Shown: positions 36,661-52,390, counted from the first letter of the whole stretch. The stretch is DNA of 63,360 bases, filler included, from Collodictyon triciliatum (GCA_043381765.1; 21 parts of 21 records of this genome joined end to end with filler, not necessarily neighbours in it), one strand, 5' to 3'. Notes: generated from the sequence alone by a model not told the origin. Program-made: numbers and translations.

Positions 36661-37660
36661 CTTGCTAAAGGACATAATCGCTCTGGGCAGAGTTTGGAGC
36701 TTGTTGTGTGGTTTATTGTGTCCGGGTGGTCCGTCTTTGTTGGCTGGGCGTGTGTATGTGTGTGGATTCTCCCGCCTTGGGAGGCGTTTCTTTCTGTGGT
36801 GTTGGTGCCTTTATGACTGGTACTTGGAGCGTGGGCCTAGTAGGGGTGGATGATGGATTGGTTGCTTGGTTGGGGTGGAGAGAAGGGTTCAGGATCATGT
36901 TTGTAAGAAGGCGGTGCGGCTGATTCTGAATATGTTGGGTATCAAACCAGAGCTGAAGGTCAAATGAAGTGGGCGGTCATCATAGCCATACTTTTGGCGC
37001 AGTGGAGGGACAACCAGAACCATAAGCGGTCCTATTATTATCCATATTCTTTTTTTATNNNNNNNNNNNNNNNNNNNNNNNNNNNNNNNNNNNNNNNNNN
37101 NNTTAATTAATTAANNNNNNNNNNNNNNNNNNNNNNNNNNNNNNNNNNNNNNNNNNNNTCTCTCTTCTTCTCTCTTCTTCTCTCTTCTTCTCTCTTCTTC
37201 TCTCTTCTTCTCTCTTCTTCTCTCTTCTTCTCTCTTCTTCTCTCTTCTTCTCTCTTCCTCTCTCTCTTCCTCTCTCTTCTCTCTTCTCTTCTAATATCCC
37301 ATTTACAACCCAATGACCTTACCAGAGAAACGACAAAGAGTCGTGTCAGCCGCACCAGGCTCATCGTCTGATCCTCGAAAGGTATCTCAGGTTTGTAACC
37401 AAGCTAGAATGGAAAATAATGAATACAATGAATGAAAAAAATGCTACATGACTTTATCATTTTTTATAAATAAGTATCAAAGTGGCAAAAAGAAAAAAAA
37501 GTTTTTTTTAGTCAGAAAAAGAATACTTCCCGGATAAAAATTAATATCGCAAGTAGCTAAATAAACAATATTTGTCTTCGGAGACACTATTCCATTCATT
37601 TGGAAACTACGTGTCACATATCTAAATGAGTTCATATATGTTCGATAGGTAAATACCAGC

Positions 37661-39681
37661 ATGTTGGAGCCCATCAGAAAATTGATGATTGATATGATTG
37701 CAAAGGCCCTGCTTCGTAGCGTTGAAGGGGTTTCGGTTGGTCTCCCTTTTTTATTTTATTTTTTTTTATTGAATTATCACGATATTGAACTTTCCTCTAT
37801 TTTCACTTCTTGCCCTTTTTCTTATTTTCTTCTATTTTCATTTTCATTTACATTTACATCTTCATTTACATCTTCATTTTCTGTTTCTTTTCTGTTTCTT
37901 TTCTGTTTCTTTTCTGTTTCTTTTCTGTTTCTTTTCTGTTTCTTTTCTGTTTCTTTTCTGTTTCTTTTCTGTTTCTTTTCTGTTTCTTTTCTGTTTCTTT
38001 TCTGTTTCTTTTCTTTTCTTTTCTTTTCTTTTCTTTTCTTTTCTTTTCTTTTCTTTTCTTTTCTTTTCTTTTCTTTTCTTTTTCACCGCACAATGCAATT
38101 TTGTCTAAAATCTGTAAATGATGCTCATGTTTGCTCGCTAATCTTTTCTAAATAAAAAGTTGGCCTGAATGCTTTTCATGGTTGTATAGCAAGGCTCTCC
38201 AAGCCCTTCCAAACCACTCTCCTTAACCACAACGAAGGCAGAAAGCGTTCTTGAAGACGGAAAAAAAGAGGAGGACAAAGAAAAACAAAAAGATGAAAAA
38301 GGAAAACAAGGGGTCGAGAAGAAAGAGATCAACAAGGACGATTTTATTCATAGAGGTTCTGCGTAGTTTCTAGGGTGTTGACTCATTATAAATATTATTT
38401 TTTTTAAAAAAAAATAATATACTAATGAGGTTCCAACGTAGCCGTCTTTTCTGTGGCAGCGGACATAGAAAATGATATCCTTTAAGCCCTTCATGAAACG
38501 TGTTTATATTTAACCCATCTCGGGCATTTCATGTAGATTTTGTGTGTGATTGTAGCCTCAACATACACAAAGGCTGGTTTACTATTGACTGAATCAATTT
38601 CAATTCATTTTTTTCCCGGGGATTCTTTGCATATAGACACACCTTCATTTTCTCCCTATTTTCTTTGCATCTTACATTTCGATCATGTACAAATGTAATT
38701 CTTGACAAAGACACCAATATATTCAGAGACCAAAAGTGCCAACGAAAAATATAAAGAGATTACAAGGCGCATATTTTCGTCGCTTAATCTACAAAGTCAT
38801 TTCGAACTTCGTTCCCGTTTGATCGAGGGAGACTTGGATCCTGCTGATTTAGTTAAAATGACACCCGAAGTTAGTTTTTAATACATGATTGTATTTTCAA
38901 ACGGAATGGGATGGAAATGACTTGATAGTTTATTTTCTTTTAACTTGGCATAATAACTCTCATAATTTATTATGTAGGAATTGTTGAGTCCTGCTCTCAA
39001 ACACAAGGTCGCAGAAAAAGAAGAAGAGAGGGAAAAAGAAGAGTTGAAGAGAAAAAATGTACCTACTCCTTCTCTATTCTCTATCAATTTCTTTTAGGGC
39101 ATCTCCAAAGTCCGCCAATCCGTTGCTATTTTTTTCCCTTGCCATTCACCACTGCCTCTGTTCATATGAGATTATACATTCACTGCGCCCGCCATTGGAT
39201 TTTTTTTTTTATTTTTACTTCGGACTGGTAAACCGCACCCAATTGGCAGTTCTGAAATATGCGCTCATTTAGCTCACTTATGTTCTTTATTTTTTTTTAT
39301 TTGTTTGCTTTTTCCCTCCGTTGTCTTTCACAACAGGCGGGGCGGCGGTTTGGGTCATATGCGTGCCGCAAGTGCCGCTCTCACAACACAACCACGGCTC
39401 TGTTGCAAACTCGCCGAGCAGATGAGGTTATTGAACGCCACACTTGATCCTATCCTATCTATTTATTTATTTGGATTTTCCTCAAGAGTTTACATCAGAA
39501 AGAAATAGTGAATTTTCTTTCAGCGGTAATAATCGTAGATTGAAAATATTACCTTTCTTTCGATACAATTTTTGGTGGCTATGTATATGTATATATATTT
39601 CCCTAATAAAAGTAACTATCCATTCAGGGAATGACGCTTTTTATTAACTGCCACGACTGCGGTAGAACAACACGAGGTTGA
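37661..39681 (+). CDS. TFIIS-like protein (central domain + C-terminal zinc ribbon), multi-exon
   Basis: KYKEITRRIFSSL...ELRSRLIEGDLDPADLVKMTPEELLSP; YACRKCRSHNTTTALLQTRRADE|GMTLFINCHDCGRTTRG*. Confidence 0.85.
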
Positions 39682-40250
39682 TAATTTGAGAGACGAAAAA
39701 TGAGAATACCCTTTGAGTGGAAGTTAGGCTAGCTATTATGCAAAAGATATAAGAAAAAAATTAATAAATTATCATACCTATTACTTGTGGACAAATTAAG
39801 ACAGAAATTACAGAATGAGGTTCAAGAAGCTGTTGCAAAACATTAAAGTTATGCTTCAAAACTGTTGAAAATAAAACCTTTCTCTTCCTTCATTTTTTTT
39901 TTACTTAGTCGTTGAAGAGCACAAATCCCTTAACCAATACCTTCAAACCAGCTTTGAAAATGATGATTTCTTTTTTGTTTTATTTTCCAAAGAGAAAGGG
40001 CATAAAAAACGGCAACACATTTGTTTATTAAGTTCTTGTGCGTGGCTGCGTACGTGGTTTTGATAATGAATAGGAGTGGAAAGAAATGGAGGCAGCGTGC
40101 GAATGGACTACGACGAAATCTTTCGACGGGCCTCGATAAGAGATGAGAACNNNNNNNNNNNNNNNNNNNNNNNNNNNNNNNNNNNNNNNNNNNNTTAATT
40201 AATTAANNNNNNNNNNNNNNNNNNNNNNNNNNNNNNNNNNNNNNNNNNNN

Positions 40251-40333
<83 letters not shown>

Positions 40334-40349
<16 letters not shown>

Positions 40350-41870
40350 TATAGTGAGTTTGAAACAAATCATATAGGTGGTGTTTGTTCAACTTGACAA
40401 CAAGGAAAATTGGACGGAACAGTTTCAGGCGATGACGACTGTTCGTCGATTAGCTGTTTTCCATCCACAAGTGTTTGGCGATGTCATGTTTGTTTCATCG
40501 ACTTTTAATTCGTTTTTATTTCAAGTCGCAATTGTGTATTTTAGGTTTTTAGTTATTGTTTTTTTTTCTCATGCTTTTGATTTCTTTGTGATAGTTTGGT
40601 TTATATCGCGCTATTAACGAAATTTCTGGGCTGCTATTTCACAGAAACGTTCTTGTGTCTAAACTCGTTTCGAATCTAAAGAGTTTACGGTCCAATCTTG
40701 TAAAGAATTCGATGTTGGCTCTTTCCGACTTATCTCAGTGCCTTGGAGAACGTATGGTTGTCCATGAGCTGGTATACTCAATTCTTACCACGCAACCACA
40801 AACAATCTTTAGGAAAAAAAAGTTTCCCTCTTAACCTACAGATTTTAGAGAAAAAGTGAAAGTATAAAATGAAACCAAATATATTGATAATATCTTTTTA
40901 ATAATAAAAAAGAGCTATCATGATTGAATAATAATAATGATGTAGGTCCCTCTTGTCTTGCAGAAAATCATCGGCGACAAAAAGTTTATTCGTGACCAAG
41001 CAATAGAGGTATGACTTTAGTTTTGCTTGTTGATTTACATGTATAACATAGAAGCATGTCCCTCGGACGAGTAGCGAAATAGGATTCTCTAGAAACTTTT
41101 AAATTAACTCAACTAATAACATAGACTATGGATATTGTTGTACTCAGTTGTCCACAGTGCTTAATGCCGTTGCTAGAGTCTGCTCTCTCTAAAAATGCCA
41201 AAATTGCTGCTGCTGCCACAGATTACATACAAAAGTCTATTGAAAATATGGTAATTGAATGAAATTTCATGATATATGAAAAAGAAAGAATAGAAGAGTA
41301 AATATACATTCGGGAAAAATGAGACATATCAGAATTCAGATGTAGTCAATAACATCAAACTTTAAACAGGGACCGAGTCTCTTGGTAAATCCTCTGCGAT
41401 ATGAGTTATTCTCGACAATCGCGAAATTGCTAGACGGGAAACTGGCGGAAACACGAAACAAAACCAAAACGATATACCAGTATGTCATTAACAGGTGCGC
41501 GCATACTTCAGTGATCCAAACATTTTATTAATTGTCTCCAAAACAAATATTAAGATAATTATTGGAATCAGAGTCTAAATCATATCACGTTGCATTTACA
41601 GTTATTTTTTGTTCCTTCATTATTTCGATAATTTCTTCTTTCTTTTTTTTTAGTTCGTATATAGAATGCAATGCCATAACCCACGTGAAACTAATAATCG
41701 CCATTTAACTAACGGGAACTCAGCTACGGCGGCGTAGACTCCTTCACACAATCCATCGAGGACGGCAAAGTTGACGCGAATGTGTTGCAGAAGCTTCTCT
41801 CCGTCTCCGTCAACACCACTCCAAATACAAACCCACTTTAATGTACAACAAACCTCCCCTCTCCACACAG
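40334..41870 (+). CDS. TOG/CLASP N-terminal (HEAT) domain protein, partial, multi-exon
   Basis: NWTEQFQAMTTVRRLAVFHP, LKSLRSNLVKNSMLALSDL, DKKFIRDQA and KLLDGKLAETR fit the CLASP_N/TOGARAM pattern. Confidence 0.75.
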
Positions 41871-42091
41871 ACCTCTTGAAAATGCCGGGCTGCTTTTCGG
41901 GAGTATTGAGCTCCCGTCTTCTTTTCCCATATGGCTTTTTGATACATTCTCATTTTCTTTTAAAAAATTAAATGGGATCTGATTATCACGTACAAAGACT
42001 GAAAGCAAACCAAGCCTGCTGTCGTCGTTGTGTGCCTGATCTCTCATATGGTACGGCATTCATATAAAAGGGCGTATAAAAGTGTCTTTCA

Positions 42092-42184
<93 letters not shown>

Positions 42185-43689
42185 CATTATACTGGCAAAT
42201 ATCCTTTCGGGGTTTTTGTTTTTGTTTTTTTGTTTTTTGCGGTAAGGCCAGCCGAGTATAAGTGGGTGATTTATTATATGGCTATGCATCCGGCAATGAC
42301 ATATGTTTCACATATATTCATCGTTTTATTTATTATCTGTTGCTGAATGACTATTTAGAATGTTTATAAGAATAATTTCACAAGAACGATACATTTCCCG
42401 CTCGTTTTTTTTTTTTTGAATTATTCATTTATTTATTTATTTATTTATTTATAATTGACGAGCGGCAAGGAAGGCCAAATAACCGTCTCCTCCACAGAGT
42501 ACGCAGCAAACACACATGACTTTTGAGCTGTTAAATATCTTTTGGTTTCTTCATTTCTCGTCTCCCTTTTCTCCGTCCATCCCCTCAGATTTTGAAGGCG
42601 TAGCCATAAAAAAAAAAATACAGGAAGGAAAAGGTGGAAGGGAAAGCGAGCATCGGTGAGTGAGTCGGGCGGGGTTTGTGCCGGTGGGCAGAGGACTTCA
42701 GGTGAAGTGGGTCGCGTGGATTGGCTCTCCCTTCCAGAGCATGACTTCTCCATACTTTGTCTCGTAGCCTGTTGAGGGCCGCACAAAGAGTTAGTGGGTG
42801 TTGCGCAGATATTCTTTTGCTCGAGTAAGGACAGAGCGCAGTGTGTGTTTAGAATAAGAAAAGAAAGATAAAGGATTAAACCTGATATTAGCATCGGTAT
42901 TTTGGTTTGAAGGCTCTGCATTTCTTGGTGGAGCTCCGTCAATTGTGACTGGTACTCGCCTTGTCGCAGGCTGGTGCTGTGTGAGAATCGAATCAGACAT
43001 CGTGCAGAAGGAAGCTATACTCCACGGTGCCATCCTTATCCTTTTCTTTTCTTTTTAATTATTTTTCTCTTGGTAGTTTGCGAATATAATTTCAAAACAC
43101 TTGTCCTGGTTTGTTTGTTTGTTTGTTTGTTTGTTTGTTTGTTTGTTTGTTTGTTTGTTTGTTTGTTTGTTTGTTTGTTTGTTTGTTTGTTTGTTTGTTT
43201 GTTTGTTTGTTTTTTGTTTGTTTTTTGTTTGTTTTTTTGTTTNNNNNNNNNNNNNNNNNNNNNNNNNNNNNNNNNNNNNNNNNNNNTTAATTAATTAANN
43301 NNNNNNNNNNNNNNNNNNNNNNNNNNNNNNNNNNNNNNNNNNCATTCTTATAGTCTGAAGACCGTCGTCCGTTCAACTTGACTCCTTGAAACTCAAAATC
43401 GTACTTTAATCAACCAGTTTCAGGTATGACACATATTTGGGAAAATCTCTACATTTATGTTTATGACTAAATAAACGCTAGATTCTGATACTTTGCTATC
43501 CTAGTTAATTTTTACGTTTACCTTTCATAAGGCGTAGATGATGTTGAATAATGTATGAATTAAAAATAGCTAAGTTGGAAAAAATCAATCATGAGTCAAT
43601 TTCAACGATATTGAAAGGGGTTTCATTGAAACAAAAATATCTATAATTAATACACCAATTTTCAACTTTTTTATTCTTCCTTTCCATTT

Positions 43690-43841
43690 TGTGCAGGACG
43701 GTGGAGATGTTGACTTTGGTTCGCCAGCAATCGTTTGCATGGACACTACTTGGTGGCCGGGTGGCGGAGAAGTGGTCGGTAATCAGGAATTGCATCCTGC
43801 GGTTTGGCCTGTAGTCTGGGTCTTGTGCTTGCATAAGAGAG
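43690..43841. repeat. Dispersed repeat family B, copy 1 (homologous to 52240-52390)
   Basis: Ungapped colinear match, e.g. AGAAGTGGTCGGTAATCAGGAATTGCATC vs AGAAGTAGTTGGTAATCATGAATTGCATC. Confidence 0.7.
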
Positions 43842-46794
43842 ACCAGGACAAAATTTTCAACTATTTAAATATTTTGATTATTTCTCAGGATAAACTCAAA
43901 AAAAACCATTTATAATAGCACTGCATGAACTTTCAGAAAGGGTTCATCTGCCATTCCATTTCATTGTACAAGGAACTCTGGAGCTCTCATTTTTTGGTGA
44001 TAAATAAGTCATACAGTAAGTTGACCAAGCCAATTCATAGTATCGAAAAGAAAATGAAATTTATTTCAAGGTTTCAAGTTCCATTAATCTAATTTTTTTA
44101 TAATCATTCAAGAAACTCATAATTAAAACTTTGAGGGCATTACAAAGAATAGTGCAATCTTTGGGCCAGATTGACCAAGATTCTGATACTAAAAAAGCAT
44201 GATTCTTGTCTAATTTTACCTTCCAATTCTCGTCATAATTGAAAAGCACGTAAAATTCTTAAATTTGTATCATAGAAAATTCGTCACTTGATATTCAACG
44301 ATAGAAAAACCAAATACGCACACTTTAAGTACATATGTGTATATAGCCTAATTTTTAGCAGATTATCAATCAAACTTCATTCTTTATTTAGGTCTCGTTT
44401 TGGAAAATGGTTCAATCTGACAACTTCATAGACCAGCTGAAAAATCGCATTGCTTTATTCAATATATCATACTAAGCATTAATTATTCATCTTGAATTAG
44501 AAAATGTTCAAACTAAAGTCATGGACAAAACTCATACAGTTGAAAATGGATGGGACAAAAGAAAAAATCCGTGGGAAAGGGAACTGTTTCGATCTACTAC
44601 TTGGAGGAGTGGGGAGGGGTGGTGGATCGGTGGCTCCTAGTTTTCCGATGGTCTGAAGTAAAGGTCTAAGAACGTACGGTGGGGGTGTTGGGTTGTGTTG
44701 TGTGTGGAAGTAATTATGTCTTTGTCCAGTCATTCATGACCAAAAAATAAATAAAATAATATTATTTGTAAATTTCTGTAATCAAAAGTCGTGCATCCTT
44801 TTTTGCGGTAAGGAGGCTTTATTTGATTTGAAAGCATTACCTATTTACCAAATAAAATACAGCATATATAAAGTCGAATAGTTTATAATTAAAAATATCT
44901 CATTTGTAAAACTATTACTAATAATGATAGAAAAAAATCTATAAAATTAAGAATTATCATCGGAGTCTGGCCGTGCTATTTATTTCATTATTCAGTTGAT
45001 AGATTTTATCCTATCATAAAATACATGGAATCAATATTGTAATACTTATAATAAATACAATAATATCAGCTATATATTCGCTAATTAATTTTAATCGAGA
45101 TGAAATGTCTGTCTACAGAATCGTCTTGCTACGTCGTTTATTTTTCAATAATCGTATTACGTATCGCCTTGTGAATACTAAATATACAGAAAAAAATTAA
45201 ATTGCGTATCTACTAGAGAGGCTTAGTTATCTGCATACTCTTGGTGTCCGTATTTTAAATTCCGTTTAATTAAATCAATAGATAGACTTTTGCATCAAAT
45301 GTGAATTTTAGAAAACCGATTAACTAACATATGTACCATTCTAATATCCAAATCGAAAAACACATACCATATCCCGCTAAAAACCAGTTTGCCGCTGAAT
45401 GATACACCACCCCTCCCCTTGAACGACCTGCAATCTTTTGTCCACAGCTTCACGCCCATACCCCTCACCTTACTAGACCTTGTTCGTGTCTCCAAGTGAA
45501 AATGATTTGTAGGTTTATTGTTCAATAAAGAAGCCTTTTTGATAATGAATCGTTGTTAAATCATCTAAATTAGTTTAATTTTCTCTCTTGGTTATATAGA
45601 TTTCGAGTTATCAAATCCAACAAACCCACCCTCCCCTTCCAATTCCAAATCAATCAGAGGTAATAAGAAAGCAAACCGATATTCATTTTTGTGTTGCCCC
45701 GACTAACCAAGGATATGATAGACGATTCACGCCCTTTTATTTTTTTCGATTGTTATCATTCACGTATATTCATTAAATCCTTTTTATGCATCCGAAATAT
45801 GTATCGTATGTTTATTTTGATTTTCTGAATAATTTATTTAGTTTATTCACCACATAAATTATGCCTTCTATGATTGTTTCATATTGGTGATTCTATCATA
45901 TTATTAAGTCTGATATTTTTCAGTTTTTTATGTTTGGTCAAAATATGGCCGAATACCAGAATTAAATACGTATAATTTAATTTATTGATGTATTATTCAA
46001 TTTTCAACCAGAAACATCATCTCTGTATTGATGCGCACATAAAATACCTCAATGACTAAATTGTCAATTATAAATTACCTTTGAAACTATTTTGCTTGTA
46101 AATTTATTAATATTCAGACCATCGTTGCCTTTCTTATAGTAATAATAATATTTTGTATCAAAATTTTAGTGCTAACCTTAGTGAAATAGACTTATTCTAT
46201 TCAGAGCTCCTAAGAAACTTTATACCACATAGTCTACAAATTCTCAATGTTATATATATAGGATTTACATACGACACATCACTATTAATAGCCAAAATAA
46301 TAGCCAACAACCCCCATCCCCCCACCCCCCCCCCNNNNNNNNNNNNNNNNNNNNNNNNNNNNNNNNNNNNNNNNNNNNTTAATTAATTAANNNNNNNNNN
46401 NNNNNNNNNNNNNNNNNNNNNNNNNNNNNNNNNNTGATTATGATTATGATTATGATTATGATTATGATTATGATTATGATTATGATTATGATTATGATTA
46501 TGATTATGATTATGATTATGATTATGATTATGATTATGATTATGATTATATATTGTGTTGGTGGTGTATTTTTCTTATCTTCACTATGAGAAATGATTCA
46601 TATGGGGAGGACGGGGAAGCCCAGTTGCAGTCAAATCATATATATTGCAATACATATACTTGCCAAACAATAACGGTCGTATCACTTATGTGTTATTTTA
46701 GTAGATACTAATACTAATACTAATAATTATGTTTCTATTCCTATTTCTATTTCTAATCATAATTGAAGTAAAAACGATAGAAATTCATTTTCCT

Positions 46795-49122
<2,328 letters not shown>

Positions 49123-49526
49123 ATTGTAATATTATAATTACAATTTGGTTGGATATGGCTCATCCTCTTTTATAAGTATAACTTAATTCTAATTTTAGAA
49201 TGTGTGAATGCCTTTGTTTCTCTTTCTTTTCTTTTTTCTTTTTTCTTTTCTTATCATTTCCTTTTCATTTCCTTTTCATTTCCTTTTCATTTCCTTTTCA
49301 TTTCCTTTTCATTTCCTTTTCTTTTCATTTCCTTTTCTTTTCTTTTCTTTTCTTTTCTTTTCTTTTCTTTTCTTTTCTTTTCTTTTCTTTTCTTTTCTTT
49401 TCTTTTCTTTTCTTTTCTTTTCTTTTNNNNNNNNNNNNNNNNNNNNNNNNNNNNNNNNNNNNNNNNNNNNTTAATTAATTAANNNNNNNNNNNNNNNNNN
49501 NNNNNNNNNNNNNNNNNNNNNNNNNN

Positions 49527-50110
49527 CTCTTTGAGGATGCGCTTTAGAGACTTTTTATCCATGACCGTAAACTTTGCAGGGAGCTGGTTCTTATGACAAA
49601 GAAGCTTCACCACGGCCGTGTCTGTCAAGAAGCCTTTGTCCTTTTTTGATGTCCACGTGGGTCGGTCTGAACGGCTTCAGCTCCTCACGAATAAGTTGCG
49701 GCCACACATCCAGCGGTTGTTGGTAGAGCATCACCGAGTTCTCTGTTGGTTTACTTCTGCTGAAGCTGCTCGTAATATTGCTCAGACTTACTTGCTTCAG
49801 CCCCAGAAGCTTTCGGGCGTTTTCTGCAGTGCGGAAGGCAATCAGGCAAAGGCCTTCGCTTTCCGGTATGTGCTATTGAATGGACTCTTCCCAAAGTTTG
49901 TTCGCTTTCAAGAAGGAGGCGAGCGCATCTGTTAGTCTACGGGCGTTGTTCTTATAAACGACTTGCTCGACAACGTGCAAAAATACTGTCCGCTCAGACA
50001 GACTTGCAGGCGGCTTCTTTGCGCGGGCCTTCCTAGACTTACGTGCAACTCGGGGTTTTTCCGCGCCAGCGTTGGAACCTGAAGAACTGGCTGCAACTTT
50101 CTAACCTTTC
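49527..50110 (-). mobile_element. Degenerate non-LTR retrotransposon (L1/Tx1-like) ORF1 fragment
   Basis: Intronless frame ...ERTVFLHVV...IQ*HIPESEGLCLIAFRTAENARKLL...SVMLYQQPLDVWPQLIREELKPFRPTHVDIKKDKGFLTDTAVVKL...LPAKFTV resembles tandem RRM-like LINE ORF1 domains. In-frame TAG at 49873-49875. Confidence 0.5.
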
Positions 50111-50555
50111 GACGGGTTGCGACTTGCGCAGATCTCCCCGTCTCGGCTCGTATTTTCTATCAGGCGCGGGAAGCGTGATTGAAAATCAGGCGCGGGAAGC
50201 TCCTCATCATGATAGAATACTATTTGGGCTATCTGTTTGTGCGTATACTGTGCCGAGTCACTTTCACGTCATTCAAAGGGGACTCAGCCTGGTTTGGAGA
50301 ATATGAAGGTCATTCTGGATACTGGTAGATGTCTCTTGCAAATGCTGTGAAACCCACTGTCCTTCTCCGTCAAACGAAAGACTTTGCGGCGATTAATGAA
50401 ATCCACGCTCCATGTATAATCATTCACTGGATAGATTATTGACATATGCCATCACCAGAAAAGCTTGAATCCAAATCTCATCCTTTACAGTCATTTCATG
50501 TATGTCATTCATCGTGTATAGCCTATCTGATACCTTATTATTTTTCTACCGATGT

Positions 50556-51220
50556 ATCTGGTGTTCTTGGGAATCAGGAGATGGCAAAAACTTTACACAG
50601 CATAAAACTGCCATTCACTAGTCTTCACCAAGAAACCTCCCGCTCCTGCCTGTTACGCAGCCGTCAGTTTTCTTTGTGATGTCCATGTTGATATGGAATG
50701 CATCGCCGTCCTCAATCTCAAGTAAACACGATTGCATCGACCAATCGAAGAACCAGCAAACACGCATACAAAAACCAGGATTAAGAGAAAAGAAATATAG
50801 AAAAATGGAAGATTTAGTGGCTTTGCAGATGCACCTCCTCCCTTATATAACGAATCTCAGTCTACCGTATAAGGTGTATTTCCATGAATCTTCGGTCTTT
50901 CCAGATCAAACGGATTTCTTCGATCAAGCAGAATCACAAACAATCAAACAGGAAATCGCAGCAACTCACAAAGCAGGAAAGCCTGAGATGAAGCAGACTA
51001 AACGCTGCATATCTGCTTTCAAAGCAAGCGTGTTGAAGAGCCCGGAATGACAGCAGCATAAATACTTTGCCGCGCAGTGAAATACGCTGGAGAAGAAACT
51101 GATGTCGACCGCGTGGCCAACCTTGGGCTTTCCTGGCAGCTGTTCGAGGCGATCGCTGATAGCACACCGTGTCCTTTGAGGGTCTCGTCGAAATCACGGA
51201 AACGAGTAAGAACTGAATAT
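50556..51220 (-). repeat. Dispersed repeat family A, copy 2, followed by a (TTTTCG/TTTTCC)-rich tract as in copy 1
   Basis: Inverted colinear match to 14721-15392. Confidence 0.9.
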
Positions 51221-52239
51221 TACCATTTCCTTTTCTTTTGCTTTTTCTTTTCCTTATTCGTTTTTTATATTAGTTTTCTTTATTAGTTTTCGTTTTTCGT
51301 TTTATTTTTCGTTTTATTTTTCGTTTTATTTTTCGTTTTCCTTATTCTTCCTCTTCGGTTTTCTTTTCCTTTTCCTTTTCGTTTTCGTTTTCTTTTTTTC
51401 CTTTTTCTTTTCCTTTTCGTATTCCTTTCCCTTTCTTTATTCGTTTTCCTTTTCGTATTTCTTTTCATTTTTCTTTTCATTTTTCTTTTCCTTATTTATC
51501 TCTTTTTTTATATGCAACAAAGCATCGCTCCTTCCTTGTTTCATATTAAATATGTTTATTGTCAAAGAGCGACTATCTAAACCAGAGGAGTCATTGTACA
51601 CGCGTCCACAGGTCACATACCAGCTGTGCTTGGGTTATCGCGTTGGTCTTCACACATATTTTCTCAGCATGCAAACGAATCTTAATTCGTTGCTGCCACT
51701 GTATACATCATGTCTAATGCAGGATATATATATGAATTATAAAAAACTTGTGATATTCTCGCATCCGATTATATCAAAACACAAGCAAACATAAGCCCAG
51801 TTACCATGAATATCTGAATTTTTTTGCAATAAAAAAAGAAGAGCAAATAATGGAATGTATATGACTGCAGAAGCTCTCTTATAGAAATTCACGACAAATG
51901 GATGACAACCGAGGCGACATTATACCCTCACTCAAACATGCCTATCACCACAACGATGCTGCATAGCAAGGCGATTGAACTAGGACTGGATAAAACTGTG
52001 TGTGCGGTTGCTAATTGTGTAACGCCATATGAGAAATGAACTCAAAAAAAAAAAAACGTGCGAAATGAAAAAAAAAACATTATTTGAACTCGGAATGATT
52101 CCATTTGTTGGTAACACTACTTATTTGTAATGATTCATACATCAGCTGGCCTCTTGGCTATACGAGATGAAACGCTTAGCGATGTGCCTGCACGCGAGGT
52201 TCTCTGTTTGCCATTTCCTTAACGTATTTTATTATCTAT

Positions 52240-52390
52240 TTCTGCAAGATGGTAGAGTTTTTAGCTTTGATTTTCTAACCTTCGTTCATAAAGACGCTCA
52301 TTGAAGTCCGATTGGTGCAGAAGTAGTTGGTAATCATGAATTGCATCTCACGGTTTGGTCTGTGGCCTGTGTCTTGTACCTGCGTGAGAG
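52240..52390. repeat. Dispersed repeat family B, copy 2
   Basis: Colinear match to 43690-43841. Confidence 0.7.

Noticed and set aside
35521-36675. Multiple overlapping ORFs on both strands around the gluconokinase
   Set aside because: Shadow ORFs caused by high GC; only the 35850-36503 frame has family motifs.
42445-43033. GC-richer minus-strand ORFs after the TOG gene
   Set aside because: Possibly the 3' exons of a convergent gene, but no motif or reliable frame could be established.
46435-46548. (TGATTA)n tract as a telomeric repeat
   Set aside because: It is not G-rich like known telomere units and is one of many microsatellites at which contigs break.
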